From a virus (lineage: Duplodnaviria > Caudoviricetes), in the IMG/VR virus record IMGVR_UViG_3300029267_000809, positions 1-42,928 of that record: a stretch of DNA of 42,928 nucleotides; one strand, given 5' to 3'. The translations under genes and the position numbers were made by a program. Positions 19,212 through 27,866 of the stretch are shown one piece after another. Numbering within the stretch: position 1 is the stretch's first letter; each line of letters opens with the position of its first letter. The notes under the pieces are model-generated. The model was not told where the DNA came from, did not search any database, and saw only the letters and a program-made list of their open reading frames with translations.

Positions 19212-19739
19212 ATGGCTAAGAAAGAAAAAACAAAAGACCTATCTGAATACAGCTTCATGGATACAAAAGGACGTATCTGGAACTGTAAATTGACTCTAGC
19301 TATCGCACAGAAAATCGATGGTACAGACTTCTCAGAAATCACGGATCTTGAATTCGTCTTTCTACAACCTGATGAAGAATTCTTCAAAGAAATCTTCACC
19401 AATGTCAGACTTCAATTCGCCTTGATCTGGGTAATTGTCAGGGATCAAAATCCAGAAGTACAAGATGAGTTTGAATTCACAGAGGCACTCGATGGTAACT
19501 CAGTCACACTTGGAAGGGAGGCATTGTTTGAATCCCTCTCGGATTTTTTCCTAGACCAGAGGAACTTCCTGCAATTACTAAAGCAGCAGAGAGAAAGTCT
19601 AAAGAGGATCATGGACGAAAAGATGAGCAAGGCGAACAATCAAGTCTTGGAGAAAGCGGGTCCGATGATGGACGATGTACTAGAGAAAGAAATAAAGAAA
19701 ATCGAAGAAAAAGTTGGTCAGATTTCTACCAGTTCATAG
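19212..19739 (+). CDS. tail assembly chaperone (gpG-like)
   Basis: SFMDTKGRIW...ALDG......REAL...LSDFF; slippery G GAT TTT TTC at 19541-19550; upstream of tape measure. Confidence 0.75.
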   Translation: MAKKEKTKDLSEYSFMDTKGRIWNCKLTLAIAQKIDGTDFSEITDLEFVFLQPDEEFFKEIFTNVRLQFALIWVIVRDQNPEVQDEFEFTEALDGNSVTLGREALFESLSDFFLDQRNFLQLLKQQRESLKRIMDEKMSKANNQVLEKAGPMMDDVLEKEIKKIEEKVGQISTSS

Positions 19740-20026
19740 GTATCGTTGGCTTGCCAATTTCAGAGGTAAAGACATACACCCTAAGAGAATTTATGTGCTA
19801 CGCCGAAGGGAGAATTGTAACATCCTGGGACCACACTATCACCGTTGCTTCTTTTGTCCAGAACTTGTTCGCGGCAGTTTCCAATATCTTCGGTGGTAAG
19901 ATTGAATTTCTTACCTACCAAAAGTTGCACCCATTTATGGAAGACACAGGTACTTCAAAAGTAGGAGTTACAAAGATTACTGGCAGTAACATCAAAGCCC
20001 TCAAGGGCATTACGAAAATGAAATAA
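19547..20026 (+). CDS. gpT-like extension reached by -1 frameshift (gpGT fusion)
   Basis: The -1 frame has TGA at 19529 and then no stop until 20026; it contains the tracked ORF 19751-20026 (TTG start). Confidence 0.7.
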   Translation, partial: FPRPEELPAITKAAERKSKEDHGRKDEQGEQSSLGESGSDDGRCTRERNKENRRKSWSDFYQFIGIVGLPISEVKTYTLREFMCYAEGRIVTSWDHTITVASFVQNLFAAVSNIFGGKIEFLTYQKLHPFMEDTGTSKVGVTKITGSNIKALKGITKMK

Positions 20027-20736
20027 TGTTTGGTTCTGCTTCAAGAGCGACGTATACGTTCGACCGATCTATCCTGAAAAAAAGATGGAAACGATGGGTC
20101 GATGAACCTATGGCTAAGAAAGCCTTGTATATCCGCAAAGTAGCAATCAACAGTATTCGGAATGCCCATAAAGCAAAGACTTCCGCAGGATTCCAATCAC
20201 CTAGCAAACCTGGACGACCACCAAAGACCAGGGCAGCAGGTCATCCAATGCGGAAGATCATTGCTGACAAGATAGGAACTTCAACACGGAAGACCAGTTG
20301 GGCGATTGGATCAGTAAAACTTACCTCCAAGCAAAAAGGAAAACATGCACCTCAGTTACATGAGCATGGTGGTAAAGCACGGAGAGAATTCAGGGAACCA
20401 AAGTTTCGGGAAAGTGGAAGTCGAGGTGTTACCTATATACCACTAAGTTCTGTCAGAAAGAAAGGCAGTAGGTGGAAAAGAGTAGGTTCCAACAGACTCC
20501 AATACAGTATCTTTGGTAGAACACCTAAAGGCAGGGGTAAAAGAAAAACGGTAAAGATTTATCGAATTGCTAATCATCCAAAGAATGGAAATCTCTGCTA
20601 CGTTATCCCGGCTATCATCGGAACAACCACAACAAAAACCAAAGGACGATATCCAAAAAGATCCTTTATGAAACCTGCCCTCAAAAAAGGTATGAAAAGG
20701 ATGTCAAAGTTTTGGAAAAGTTCATTGAAAGGTTAG
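20026..20736 (+). CDS. basic neck/tail-completion protein (HK97 gp10-like)
   Basis: PSKPGRPP, APQLHEHGG, YPKRSFMKPAL motifs. Confidence 0.65.
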   Translation: MFGSASRATYTFDRSILKKRWKRWVDEPMAKKALYIRKVAINSIRNAHKAKTSAGFQSPSKPGRPPKTRAAGHPMRKIIADKIGTSTRKTSWAIGSVKLTSKQKGKHAPQLHEHGGKARREFREPKFRESGSRGVTYIPLSSVRKKGSRWKRVGSNRLQYSIFGRTPKGRGKRKTVKIYRIANHPKNGNLCYVIPAIIGTTTTKTKGRYPKRSFMKPALKKGMKRMSKFWKSSLKG

Positions 20737-20740
20737 AAAA

Positions 20741-23095
20741 ATGCCTGGTAGTCCAGCACTTAGTGGTAAAGCGTTTGTGATACTACAAGCTATCGACAAA
20801 ACAGGGCAAGTCCTTGCTGCTGCACATAAACGCATTGCTGCTTGGGCTGCCCGTACTCAGATGCTTATTCGTGGTGCTTTTGCTGCCCGTCGCATTGGGC
20901 AGAAATTTACAAGAGCTATCCAACAAAGACTTCGAGCCCTTGCACGAATGTCAACAACGATAGCCAATAAGTTCCAAAATGCTGCACTTATGTTGGGTAA
21001 TCTCAACCGTACTGGTGATGCTTTCAATTCTATCGGTCGTAGAATGGTACTCACCGCAGTTGCTATTACCGCTGCGATGGGTTGGGCTGGGAAGACTTAC
21101 GCAAACTTCGATGATACCATACGTAAGGTGATGGTTCGCAGTTCTGGTACAGAAGCGGAATATCTCAAACTACGAGATACCGCAAAAGAGCTAGGAGCAA
21201 CTACATCATTCACAAACTCAGAAGTTGCTCAACTAATGTCTACCCTAGCCCGAAGAGGTTGGGATAGAAATGAAATAGATGCAATGACTGCTTCCATCCT
21301 CGACCTTGCCAAAGCAGCGGGTGAGGGGGAATCAGCAATGGAGGATGCCACCTTAGCAGCAGACATCACCTCCGGTCTATTACAAGCCTATCGAATGAAA
21401 GCAAGTGATGCAGCACAGGTAACAGACCTTGTAACTGCCACCGTAAATAATGCAGCTACTTCCATGCGAGAACTTCAAGATGGTTTGAAGTTTGTGGCAA
21501 GTCTCTCTTATGCTGCTGAGATCCCCATGAGGGATATGTTGGAAACTCTCGGTAACCTCTCCAATGCTTGGATTAGGGGTACTCAGGGTGGTACTACTTA
21601 CCGAAGAGTTATGACAGAACTCACAAGAAAATCTGAGGATCTTCTTGGTGTAGCTATCCAGGTCGAGAAAGCTGGTGGTGGTTTCCGTACTCTCGATGAA
21701 GTCATCATGGATGTGAAGAAAGCTACTGAGGGAATGTCAGCTTTACAACGATTCAAAGTGATGGAAGAGTTGTTTGGTATTCGAGGTATCACAGGTGCAA
21801 CAGCCCTGGGAGAACGATCACAAGAACTTGCCGACGCTCTTGATAATGCCGCAGGAAGTACCGCAAGGGTTGCCAAAGAAATGGAGTCTGGTCTTGGTGG
21901 TGCTGCCCGTCGAGCCCTGTCTGTTTTTGAAGCCTTGCGTACATCAATTGGTGAAGCCCTCTCGGCATCCTTCATTGAAATGCTGGACACACTCCGCATC
22001 GTCTTGGCACACTTCAATGAGTGGGTTCAAAACAATGCAGAACTTATTCCCCAGATAATTACCATCGTTGGAAAGATGGCAGCATTAGGTGCTACCTTCA
22101 TTGCTGCTGGTCCCGCCCTTTCCCTGGTAGCAATGTCACTTAATGTGGTAGCTACCACTCTTGCAGGAATGGCAGCATTACTCCCAGCCCTTCTATCACC
22201 CATTGGTGCTCTCATCGCATCCTTTGTAGCACTAGGATATTATACTTCCAGATATACCGAAGAGGGTATGGCAACTGTAGATCGTTTGAAGAATTCTTGG
22301 AATCGAGCATTTACAGATATGGGGAGAACTCTTGATACCCTCAAGGGAGCATTGGGGGCATTCTGGGAAGCACTCAGAACAGGTCAGATGGATAATGCTC
22401 TCAGTATTCTCAAAAAGAGTTTTGAATTAGCCTGGGTCACTGTTAAGGTAACCTTCACACGAATCTGGGACAGTATAATTCGTTACCTCCATGAAACCTT
22501 TCTTAATGTTATGCAGGGAATCGATGATACCATCGTTTCCATGTATAAAACTGCTTCGATGATTCCTGGTGCTCAACTTGGTACTTATCTTGGTAAAAAA
22601 GCATTTGATAGTCTAATGTCTGGTAATCGTGAATACAGACAAAAAATTAGAGATAGGTATGCGAGGGAAGATCGACAAGCCGAATTGTCGGGTGAAGATT
22701 ATGCCATTCGTAAACTCCGTCAAGAACTTGAAGCACTCTCACAGGCAACAAGAGAGTCTGCTAAGGAAATTGACAAGGAACGTATGGCAAGGGAAATGGC
22801 GGAAAAATTCTTAGGTAAAGCTAGAACAACAGCAGAGGGTCTTTGGAAGAATTATGCCATTCCCGCCCTTTGGCCTGAACCCGCTGCTGCTGCTAGTGGT
22901 GGTTCTACGGGTGGTGGTGGACCAATACCCTCTCAAGTTATCCAAGGTCTTCAACGAGGAACAGTCGAAGCATTTCGCAAGAGTGTAGAGAATGATAACA
23001 AACCAATTTTGGATGCTATCAAGAAGAATACAAAGGATAGTGCTTCTGCCTTAGAAGACATCAAACGGGACATCAATCCGACCAGGAGTATATAA
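20741..23095 (+). CDS. tail tape measure protein (TP901-type core)
   Basis: Ala-rich helical; LRDTAKELGATTSFT..EVA, ILDLAKA, GIRG motifs. Confidence 0.92.
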   Translation: MPGSPALSGKAFVILQAIDKTGQVLAAAHKRIAAWAARTQMLIRGAFAARRIGQKFTRAIQQRLRALARMSTTIANKFQNAALMLGNLNRTGDAFNSIGRRMVLTAVAITAAMGWAGKTYANFDDTIRKVMVRSSGTEAEYLKLRDTAKELGATTSFTNSEVAQLMSTLARRGWDRNEIDAMTASILDLAKAAGEGESAMEDATLAADITSGLLQAYRMKASDAAQVTDLVTATVNNAATSMRELQDGLKFVASLSYAAEIPMRDMLETLGNLSNAWIRGTQGGTTYRRVMTELTRKSEDLLGVAIQVEKAGGGFRTLDEVIMDVKKATEGMSALQRFKVMEELFGIRGITGATALGERSQELADALDNAAGSTARVAKEMESGLGGAARRALSVFEALRTSIGEALSASFIEMLDTLRIVLAHFNEWVQNNAELIPQIITIVGKMAALGATFIAAGPALSLVAMSLNVVATTLAGMAALLPALLSPIGALIASFVALGYYTSRYTEEGMATVDRLKNSWNRAFTDMGRTLDTLKGALGAFWEALRTGQMDNALSILKKSFELAWVTVKVTFTRIWDSIIRYLHETFLNVMQGIDDTIVSMYKTASMIPGAQLGTYLGKKAFDSLMSGNREYRQKIRDRYAREDRQAELSGEDYAIRKLRQELEALSQATRESAKEIDKERMAREMAEKFLGKARTTAEGLWKNYAIPALWPEPAAAASGGSTGGGGPIPSQVIQGLQRGTVEAFRKSVENDNKPILDAIKKNTKDSASALEDIKRDINPTRSI

Positions 23096-24087
23096 TGGCT
23101 GTTTCATTAGGAATTAAAGACAGGGAAGGTGATGCTTCCACAGAAGTACAACGTGGAACAATCGTTTCAAAACTGACAGAGTTCTCACGAACTTATTATA
23201 TTCTTTCAGATGATACCACCGATGATGAAGAGGATGCTTTAGCATGTTCTGATCTCCCAGACTATGGTGATAAACTTGAGGGAACAAAATCGAGGTGTGT
23301 TAGTAAGTCTATTCAGGAGAGTCCACAAACAATTAGACATCCAATCTCTGGGGTTATGGCTTACCTTTGGGAAGTTGTTTGTGATTTTAGTAGTGATCTT
23401 TCTCAAAAACAAGCAGATCAACTCTCTTCGGGTGATGATCCTACTTCCATAGAACCAACAATTTCCTGGTCTACGGAAACAATCCAAGTACAAAGAAGTT
23501 ATGATATCTTCGGAAACCCAATTCAGACAGAAGCGGGAGATCCAATAGAGATCACAACTCCCCTACCTATCCCTGTACTCACCGTTAGAAAGTATGAGGA
23601 TACACCCTTCGATCCAAACATCATGTTGGATTATGTTGGTGCTGTTAATCTTGGAGCATTCTATGGAGCACCAGATGGTTGTGCAATGATTTCTTCAATC
23701 ACCGCTGATCCAGAAGTTATTGAAGAAATTGAATACCAGTTAGTGACTTATGTTGTAAAGTTCCGTATCGAAAAGGAATTCGTGAATGAGAGTGGGGTAA
23801 CTCCGAATGGTATTACTTGGGTTAACTTGGTACAGGGAGCACCTGGACCCGACCTAGCCCAAGAAACTTGGCAAGCCTATCTACTCCATCATGGTATCCG
23901 CTATAACTCACTGACTGGTAGTACCAAGGTATTCGTTGACGATTCATCTGGTACACCAGCAACCACCAACCTCAATGAACGTGGTGAACTTCTCGGTATT
24001 GAAGATCCTGATGAAGCCAAAGTATATCTGCTGTTTGCTACCCACCCCTACCGAGATTTTGGACCTCTTGATTTAGGACCATTCTAA
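23095..24087 (+). CDS. putative distal tail/baseplate protein
   Basis: 330 aa acidic beta-rich ORF coupled to tape measure (TAATG). Confidence 0.6.
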   Translation: MAVSLGIKDREGDASTEVQRGTIVSKLTEFSRTYYILSDDTTDDEEDALACSDLPDYGDKLEGTKSRCVSKSIQESPQTIRHPISGVMAYLWEVVCDFSSDLSQKQADQLSSGDDPTSIEPTISWSTETIQVQRSYDIFGNPIQTEAGDPIEITTPLPIPVLTVRKYEDTPFDPNIMLDYVGAVNLGAFYGAPDGCAMISSITADPEVIEEIEYQLVTYVVKFRIEKEFVNESGVTPNGITWVNLVQGAPGPDLAQETWQAYLLHHGIRYNSLTGSTKVFVDDSSGTPATTNLNERGELLGIEDPDEAKVYLLFATHPYRDFGPLDLGPF

Positions 24088-24719
24088 TGCCTGATAAACC
24101 ACCAATTTTTGGATTCAATAAGACTGATGCTCTCGCTCTTAAAGAAAGGGCAGCTTATGACCGTCAGCAAGGTCTTATCCATGATGGGTTCCATTCAATC
24201 CCTGAATACTTCAACTATAACACTCCCGGTTGGCAAGCCTATAAATCACTTGACCAAACCTTTGATAATACTACCTGGACACCCGTAACTGATTTCACCG
24301 AATACTTTAACTGTGCAACAGCATTTTTTAACACAGTGGATGTGGATGCCTCTTACCACATTTTACTCTCGGTCATAGGTGTTTATCGATTCTCTATCTC
24401 TCTTGAATTCGAGGTAGATTTATCAGACTCTTATCCAAACATTGTAAGTAGTTTTGAAACAAGGATTCTGGGAGATCTAACCGGAGTGATTCCCAAGTCC
24501 CGTATTGTTTGGGATCAATTCCCTACCTGTCTTGACAACGATCAGTACACCATTGAAAAAACCTTTATGGTTTATGTCTCTCAACCTGAAAACTTCCGCC
24601 TTGAATGTCGGTTAACACAATCAACAGGATTGGACCCACTGATTCTTCTTGGTGGGGGTGCTGCTGCTTATGAGGGTTGTGTCATGGGGATTCAATATGT
24701 CTGTCCTATCTCCGGTTAG
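24087..24719 (+). CDS. putative tail-tip protein
   Basis: Coupled ORF (TAATG); C-terminal beta-sandwich-like composition. Confidence 0.5.
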   Translation: MPDKPPIFGFNKTDALALKERAAYDRQQGLIHDGFHSIPEYFNYNTPGWQAYKSLDQTFDNTTWTPVTDFTEYFNCATAFFNTVDVDASYHILLSVIGVYRFSISLEFEVDLSDSYPNIVSSFETRILGDLTGVIPKSRIVWDQFPTCLDNDQYTIEKTFMVYVSQPENFRLECRLTQSTGLDPLILLGGGAAAYEGCVMGIQYVCPISG

Positions 24720-25278
24720 TTATTGTATTAGTGTGGATGAAAAACGGTGGGATAGATTTAGATCAGACATCCCAACCGACTGGCCCTTTTCTTATCCAGA
24801 GAGAATGGGAATCCACTACAGGGATCTTAAAATACCTGAGTGGTGGGGAGGAAAACCAAAACACTATGGGAACATGATGTCCCACTTTCAGGTTATTAAC
24901 AGAGCACTCGATGAAGGTCACGACTACATAGCTCTCTTTGAGGATGATGCAGTACCAATGGGTTACCTCTCTATTGGTTGGGACAGGGTGAAAGATTTAT
25001 CTTTTGATTTCCTCTGGATGGGTGGACAGTGGATGAGTGGCAGACCACGACCAGAAGGAATTATTACAGGGCTTCGTCATAAGATTATCCGTTCCCATGC
25101 TCTTTGTTTGTCTCGCAAAGCGATGGAGTTAATTCGTGAATTCCTAATGCCGGATAAGAAAGTTACCTGGGCACTAGACAATCACTACTACCAACTCAAG
25201 AACAGACTCCCTCTTGGCATGTACGCTTGTACTCCCTTCCTTTTCAAACTCCCAAACCAACACCATTCCCAATTATAA
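24697..25278 (+). CDS. glycosyltransferase family 25-like protein
   Basis: YCIS....RW..F, GNMMSH, IALFEDDA, FLWMGG, SHALCL motifs; ATG 24697. Confidence 0.7.
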   Translation: MSVLSPVSYCISVDEKRWDRFRSDIPTDWPFSYPERMGIHYRDLKIPEWWGGKPKHYGNMMSHFQVINRALDEGHDYIALFEDDAVPMGYLSIGWDRVKDLSFDFLWMGGQWMSGRPRPEGIITGLRHKIIRSHALCLSRKAMELIREFLMPDKKVTWALDNHYYQLKNRLPLGMYACTPFLFKLPNQHHSQL

Positions 25279-25295
25279 ACGCAAAGATCCCAACT

Positions 25296-25943
25296 ATGAC
25301 CCCATTCGATATCCAACGCTGTTATGTGGTAAATCTCACACGACGCACAGACCGCCTAGAATCGTTTCTAAGAGCACTTCCAGTTCCTTGGATGCTTCCT
25401 TCGATTCAAGTGTTTGAGGCGATTGACGGGGATCTGGTGCAACCTCCTGGGTGGTGGCATCACAAGGCTTGTCGTCAAGGTGCTTGGGGATGCTACAGAT
25501 CTCACTTGACCGTGCTGGAACAATGTCTGAACGAAGGGATCGAACGAGTCATCATCTTTGAAGACGACATCACATTGAAGGATAATTTCAACCAAAGAAT
25601 AGTGGAATTCCTTGAAGACCTACCCGAAGACACTGAAATGTTTTACCTGGGAGGTCACCACCATCATGTTCCACCAAAACCTGTAAGCAAAACAATAGAT
25701 CGAGTCACCTTCACACTCGGAACCTACGCTTATGGTTTTTCTTCCAGAGAAGGAATTGAGAAAGCATACAAACATCTGAATGAAGCACACCTGTATGAGA
25801 ATCATCACATCGATTGGCAGTATGCTCAGTTTGCCCACCGTGTCAATGTGTATTGTCCTGTTGATTGGCTAGTCCAACATGAGGGGGGCTATAGCGATGT
25901 AGCTAATAGTTATCGTGCCCCCCTCGTACAGAAAATCGGGTGA
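25296..25943 (+). CDS. glycosyltransferase family 25 protein
   Basis: YVVNLTRRTDRL, FEAIDG, GAWGCYRSH, IIFEDD, FYLGG, GYSDV; ATG 25296. Confidence 0.88.
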   Translation: MTPFDIQRCYVVNLTRRTDRLESFLRALPVPWMLPSIQVFEAIDGDLVQPPGWWHHKACRQGAWGCYRSHLTVLEQCLNEGIERVIIFEDDITLKDNFNQRIVEFLEDLPEDTEMFYLGGHHHHVPPKPVSKTIDRVTFTLGTYAYGFSSREGIEKAYKHLNEAHLYENHHIDWQYAQFAHRVNVYCPVDWLVQHEGGYSDVANSYRAPLVQKIG

Positions 25944-25996
25944 GCCCTCTCCACCCGGTGGTGGGTACAGGGAAGGGATGCCCTGTGTCTACCAAA

Positions 25997-26152
25997 CTAG
26001 TAAGGACGACCACAACGATCACAGATGTACCCACAGTGTTGACAATACTTGTCATTGTGGTCATGGCTATAAGGAACCCATCGCTTCTCTTGGTATCTGT
26101 TAACGTACCAATCACAAAGATCACGAAGTTTACGAACGAATCGAATAAGCAT
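25997..26152 (-). CDS. 51 aa zinc-finger peptide (not in ORF track)
   Basis: MLIRFVRKLRDLCDWYVNRYQEKRWVPYSHDHNDKYCQHCGYICDRCGRPY; GGAG RBS; two CxxC. Confidence 0.65.
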   Translation of the reverse strand: MLIRFVRKLRDLCDWYVNRYQEKRWVPYSHDHNDKYCQHCGYICDRCGRPY

Positions 26153-26183
26153 TGTAGTTACTCCATAAGTTAAAGGAAAAAAT

Positions 26184-26365
26184 CTCAGTGTCCCATCGCA
26201 GGTTGCTTTGATTGCTCCGGTTAGAACATTCTACCCATCTGGATTAGTGGGTTACCATCCCACACAACTTTCTTCATCCAGGTTGCACGACTTCTTACAC
26301 CTTTGCCGGATCTACGGTATACCGAGAATAGGTATCCTCCACGACAGGGTTGCAGGGACACTGAG
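26184..26365 (-). ncRNA. putative ~180 nt structured RNA of unknown family
   Basis: 11 bp closing helix CUCAGUGUCCC/GGGACACUGAG followed by U-rich tail; internal helices CUGGAU/AUCCAG, GUGGG/CCCAC, UCCGG/CCGGA. Confidence 0.5.
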
Positions 26366-26374
26366 TTATAAAAT

Positions 26375-26414
26375 CCCCTGCCGATCTATGCGTTGCTCGT
26401 AAGACCGACAGGGG
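26375..26414 (-). other. 13 bp RNA hairpin (terminator-like or part of the ncRNA)
   Basis: CCCCUGUCGGUCU/AGAUCGGCAGGGG pairs fully only on the minus strand (two G-U pairs); followed by AUUUUAU. Confidence 0.7.
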
Positions 26415-26428
26415 TAAACGAAGGGAAG

Positions 26429-26564
26429 GGGCAAGGGTGGTATCTCAAGGACGTATGACCGGGAACTCAGTGTCGGATTCTACCCGATTGGCTGTCTGAC
26501 TCCCTCTTAGAGCGAAGAAGGCATCCCGTTTGCTCACATACTCCCACCTATCCTGCACAAGCCC
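26429..26564 (-). ncRNA. 23S rRNA L1-stalk (H76-H78)-like RNA with expanded H78
   Basis: UGUGCAGGAUAGGUGGGAG ... CCUUGAGAUACCACCCUU, closed by GGGC/GCCC; near-identical to the conserved bacterial L1-stalk strands, no other rRNA sequence nearby. Confidence 0.8.
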
Positions 26565-26584
26565 ACGACCAGGAGCGACCTGTT

Positions 26585-26857
26585 TTACCTCCGTTTCTTT
26601 TTTGAACTTCGCGGTTGTTTCCGACCAGTCTCAACCTCATTCATTTCCCGCCGGAAAATCCCCCTAGCAATCGCTCTGACAGTCTCATCCCTTCGGCGGG
26701 AAATGTTCCTGCACTGACGATTAAAGCTACCAGGACCAACCTGTAGGGCTAGTGGAATGCTTCCACTCCCACCAAACCCAAGAGTACCAAAAGTCTCCCA
26801 TTGCTGTGAGAACTTGACTTTGCCCTTTGCATCCGTATTGAGAATTACATTATCCAT
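26585..26857 (-). CDS. basic hypothetical protein
   Basis: ATG 26857 (MDNVILN...) with GGAGG upstream. Confidence 0.55.
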   Translation of the reverse strand: MDNVILNTDAKGKVKFSQQWETFGTLGFGGSGSIPLALQVGPGSFNRQCRNISRRRDETVRAIARGIFRREMNEVETGRKQPRSSKKKRR

Positions 26858-26954
26858 CTTTATCAACCTCCACCATGAAATAGATCCAAAGAATTACAAC
26901 ACCGAGAATGCCACCTAAAAATCCAGCAACAAAAGGTACGATTATCTCTTGCAT
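26850..26954 (-). CDS. 34 aa membrane peptide (not in ORF track)
   Basis: MQEIIVPFVAGFLGGILGVVILWIYFMVEVDKDG; GGGAG RBS; overlaps both neighbours. Confidence 0.6.
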   Translation of the reverse strand: MQEIIVPFVAGFLGGILGVVILWIYFMVEVDKDG

Positions 26955-27187
26955 GATTCTCCCTTTCTGATCTCCATCGACCAACCAAGTTCCATAAGGA
27001 TCAGTTCAAGACGCTGGTGAGTCTGATCGATTTCACCCTCAATCAAAATCACATTCTGTGCTCTCTGTTGAAACTGATACACCTGTCCGGTAGCTGGAAC
27101 TACCCAGATCCCATCTTCCTTCAAGCTAGCAATAAGTGCCACAACAAAATTGATATGTCCCTGTGTAGGTGTCCAACTAGCTACCAT
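26942..27187 (-). CDS. hypothetical protein
   Basis: 81 aa ORF, AGGGG RBS, coupled to upstream gene. Confidence 0.65.
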   Translation of the reverse strand: MVASWTPTQGHINFVVALIASLKEDGIWVVPATGQVYQFQQRAQNVILIEGEIDQTHQRLELILMELGWSMEIRKGESCKR

Positions 27188-27866
27188 CTGATTCCCCTTG
27201 AAATGTTAAACCATAATGATTGAGGACTTCAAAATCATCCCGATAGAACTCTTCAATCCCATCACGGATATCATCGTCAAAGAATGATGCAACAGGCCAA
27301 GTCCGACCTTCCATATCAAACAGGTTACACCCTTTGATATCTGCTGGGATACCATCAAAATCTAAATCGTACATATACGCAGACAATCCATCCCGATCAT
27401 AGTGAATTTTATGATCGAAGACAACATCTTTTGAACCAGCAAGCATTCCCGACTGTTGTGGTAACTCCACAAGCTGCCACTTCTGAGGTGAGAAGTTTTC
27501 AGTCTGTGGTTGAAAATGGTGCTTCCAAGAATACTTCGACCCAACAATCACAGGTAACTTTTCAACGAACTCACGGAAAGTAACGTCGATCTTTTCACCT
27601 TTCTTTTTGTTTGGGGCCAAGACGTAAATGTTGAGGTAACCCGAAAGACAACGAGTATAGGGATTCCGAACAAACCACCAATACTTCCCGGCATTCTCAG
27701 GACAAGTTTGGTAGGTAGTAGCCTGTATCCAAACATTGTGATGGACCTTGTTAAGATCCTCTGGTATGGGGAAACGATTTTGAAACAACCAACTCAACTT
27801 GACTGCGGTACAACCGCACTTGGGTGACCATGCCCAACACTGACCATTGTGTGCTAAGTAGTGCAT
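27177..27866 (-). CDS. sulfotransferase family 2 (Sulfotransfer_2-like) protein
   Basis: PAPS-binding motifs PKCGCT and FVRNPYTR.LSGY; HFQPQ; C-terminal Y.DDF....Y. Confidence 0.8.
   Translation of the reverse strand: MHYLAHNGQCWAWSPKCGCTAVKLSWLFQNRFPIPEDLNKVHHNVWIQATTYQTCPENAGKYWWFVRNPYTRCLSGYLNIYVLAPNKKKGEKIDVTFREFVEKLPVIVGSKYSWKHHFQPQTENFSPQKWQLVELPQQSGMLAGSKDVVFDHKIHYDRDGLSAYMYDLDFDGIPADIKGCNLFDMEGRTWPVASFFDDDIRDGIEEFYRDDFEVLNHYGLTFQGESDGS

Noticed and set aside
20824-20835. ACATAAACGCAT near-copy of the boundary motif (also about 9889)
   Set aside because: Inside coding sequence with a mismatch; explainable by His/Asp-Lys-Arg-Ile codons.
25903-26173. Tracked ORFs 25903-26124, 25915-26103 and 25940-26173
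   Set aside because: The untracked minus-strand frame 25997-26152 has an RBS and two CxxC motifs and explains the region better.
26429-26564. A real 23S rRNA gene or host rRNA contamination
   Set aside because: Similarity is limited to two ~18 nt strands. The stems are rewritten, H78 is expanded, and the flanks are phage genes of the same composition.
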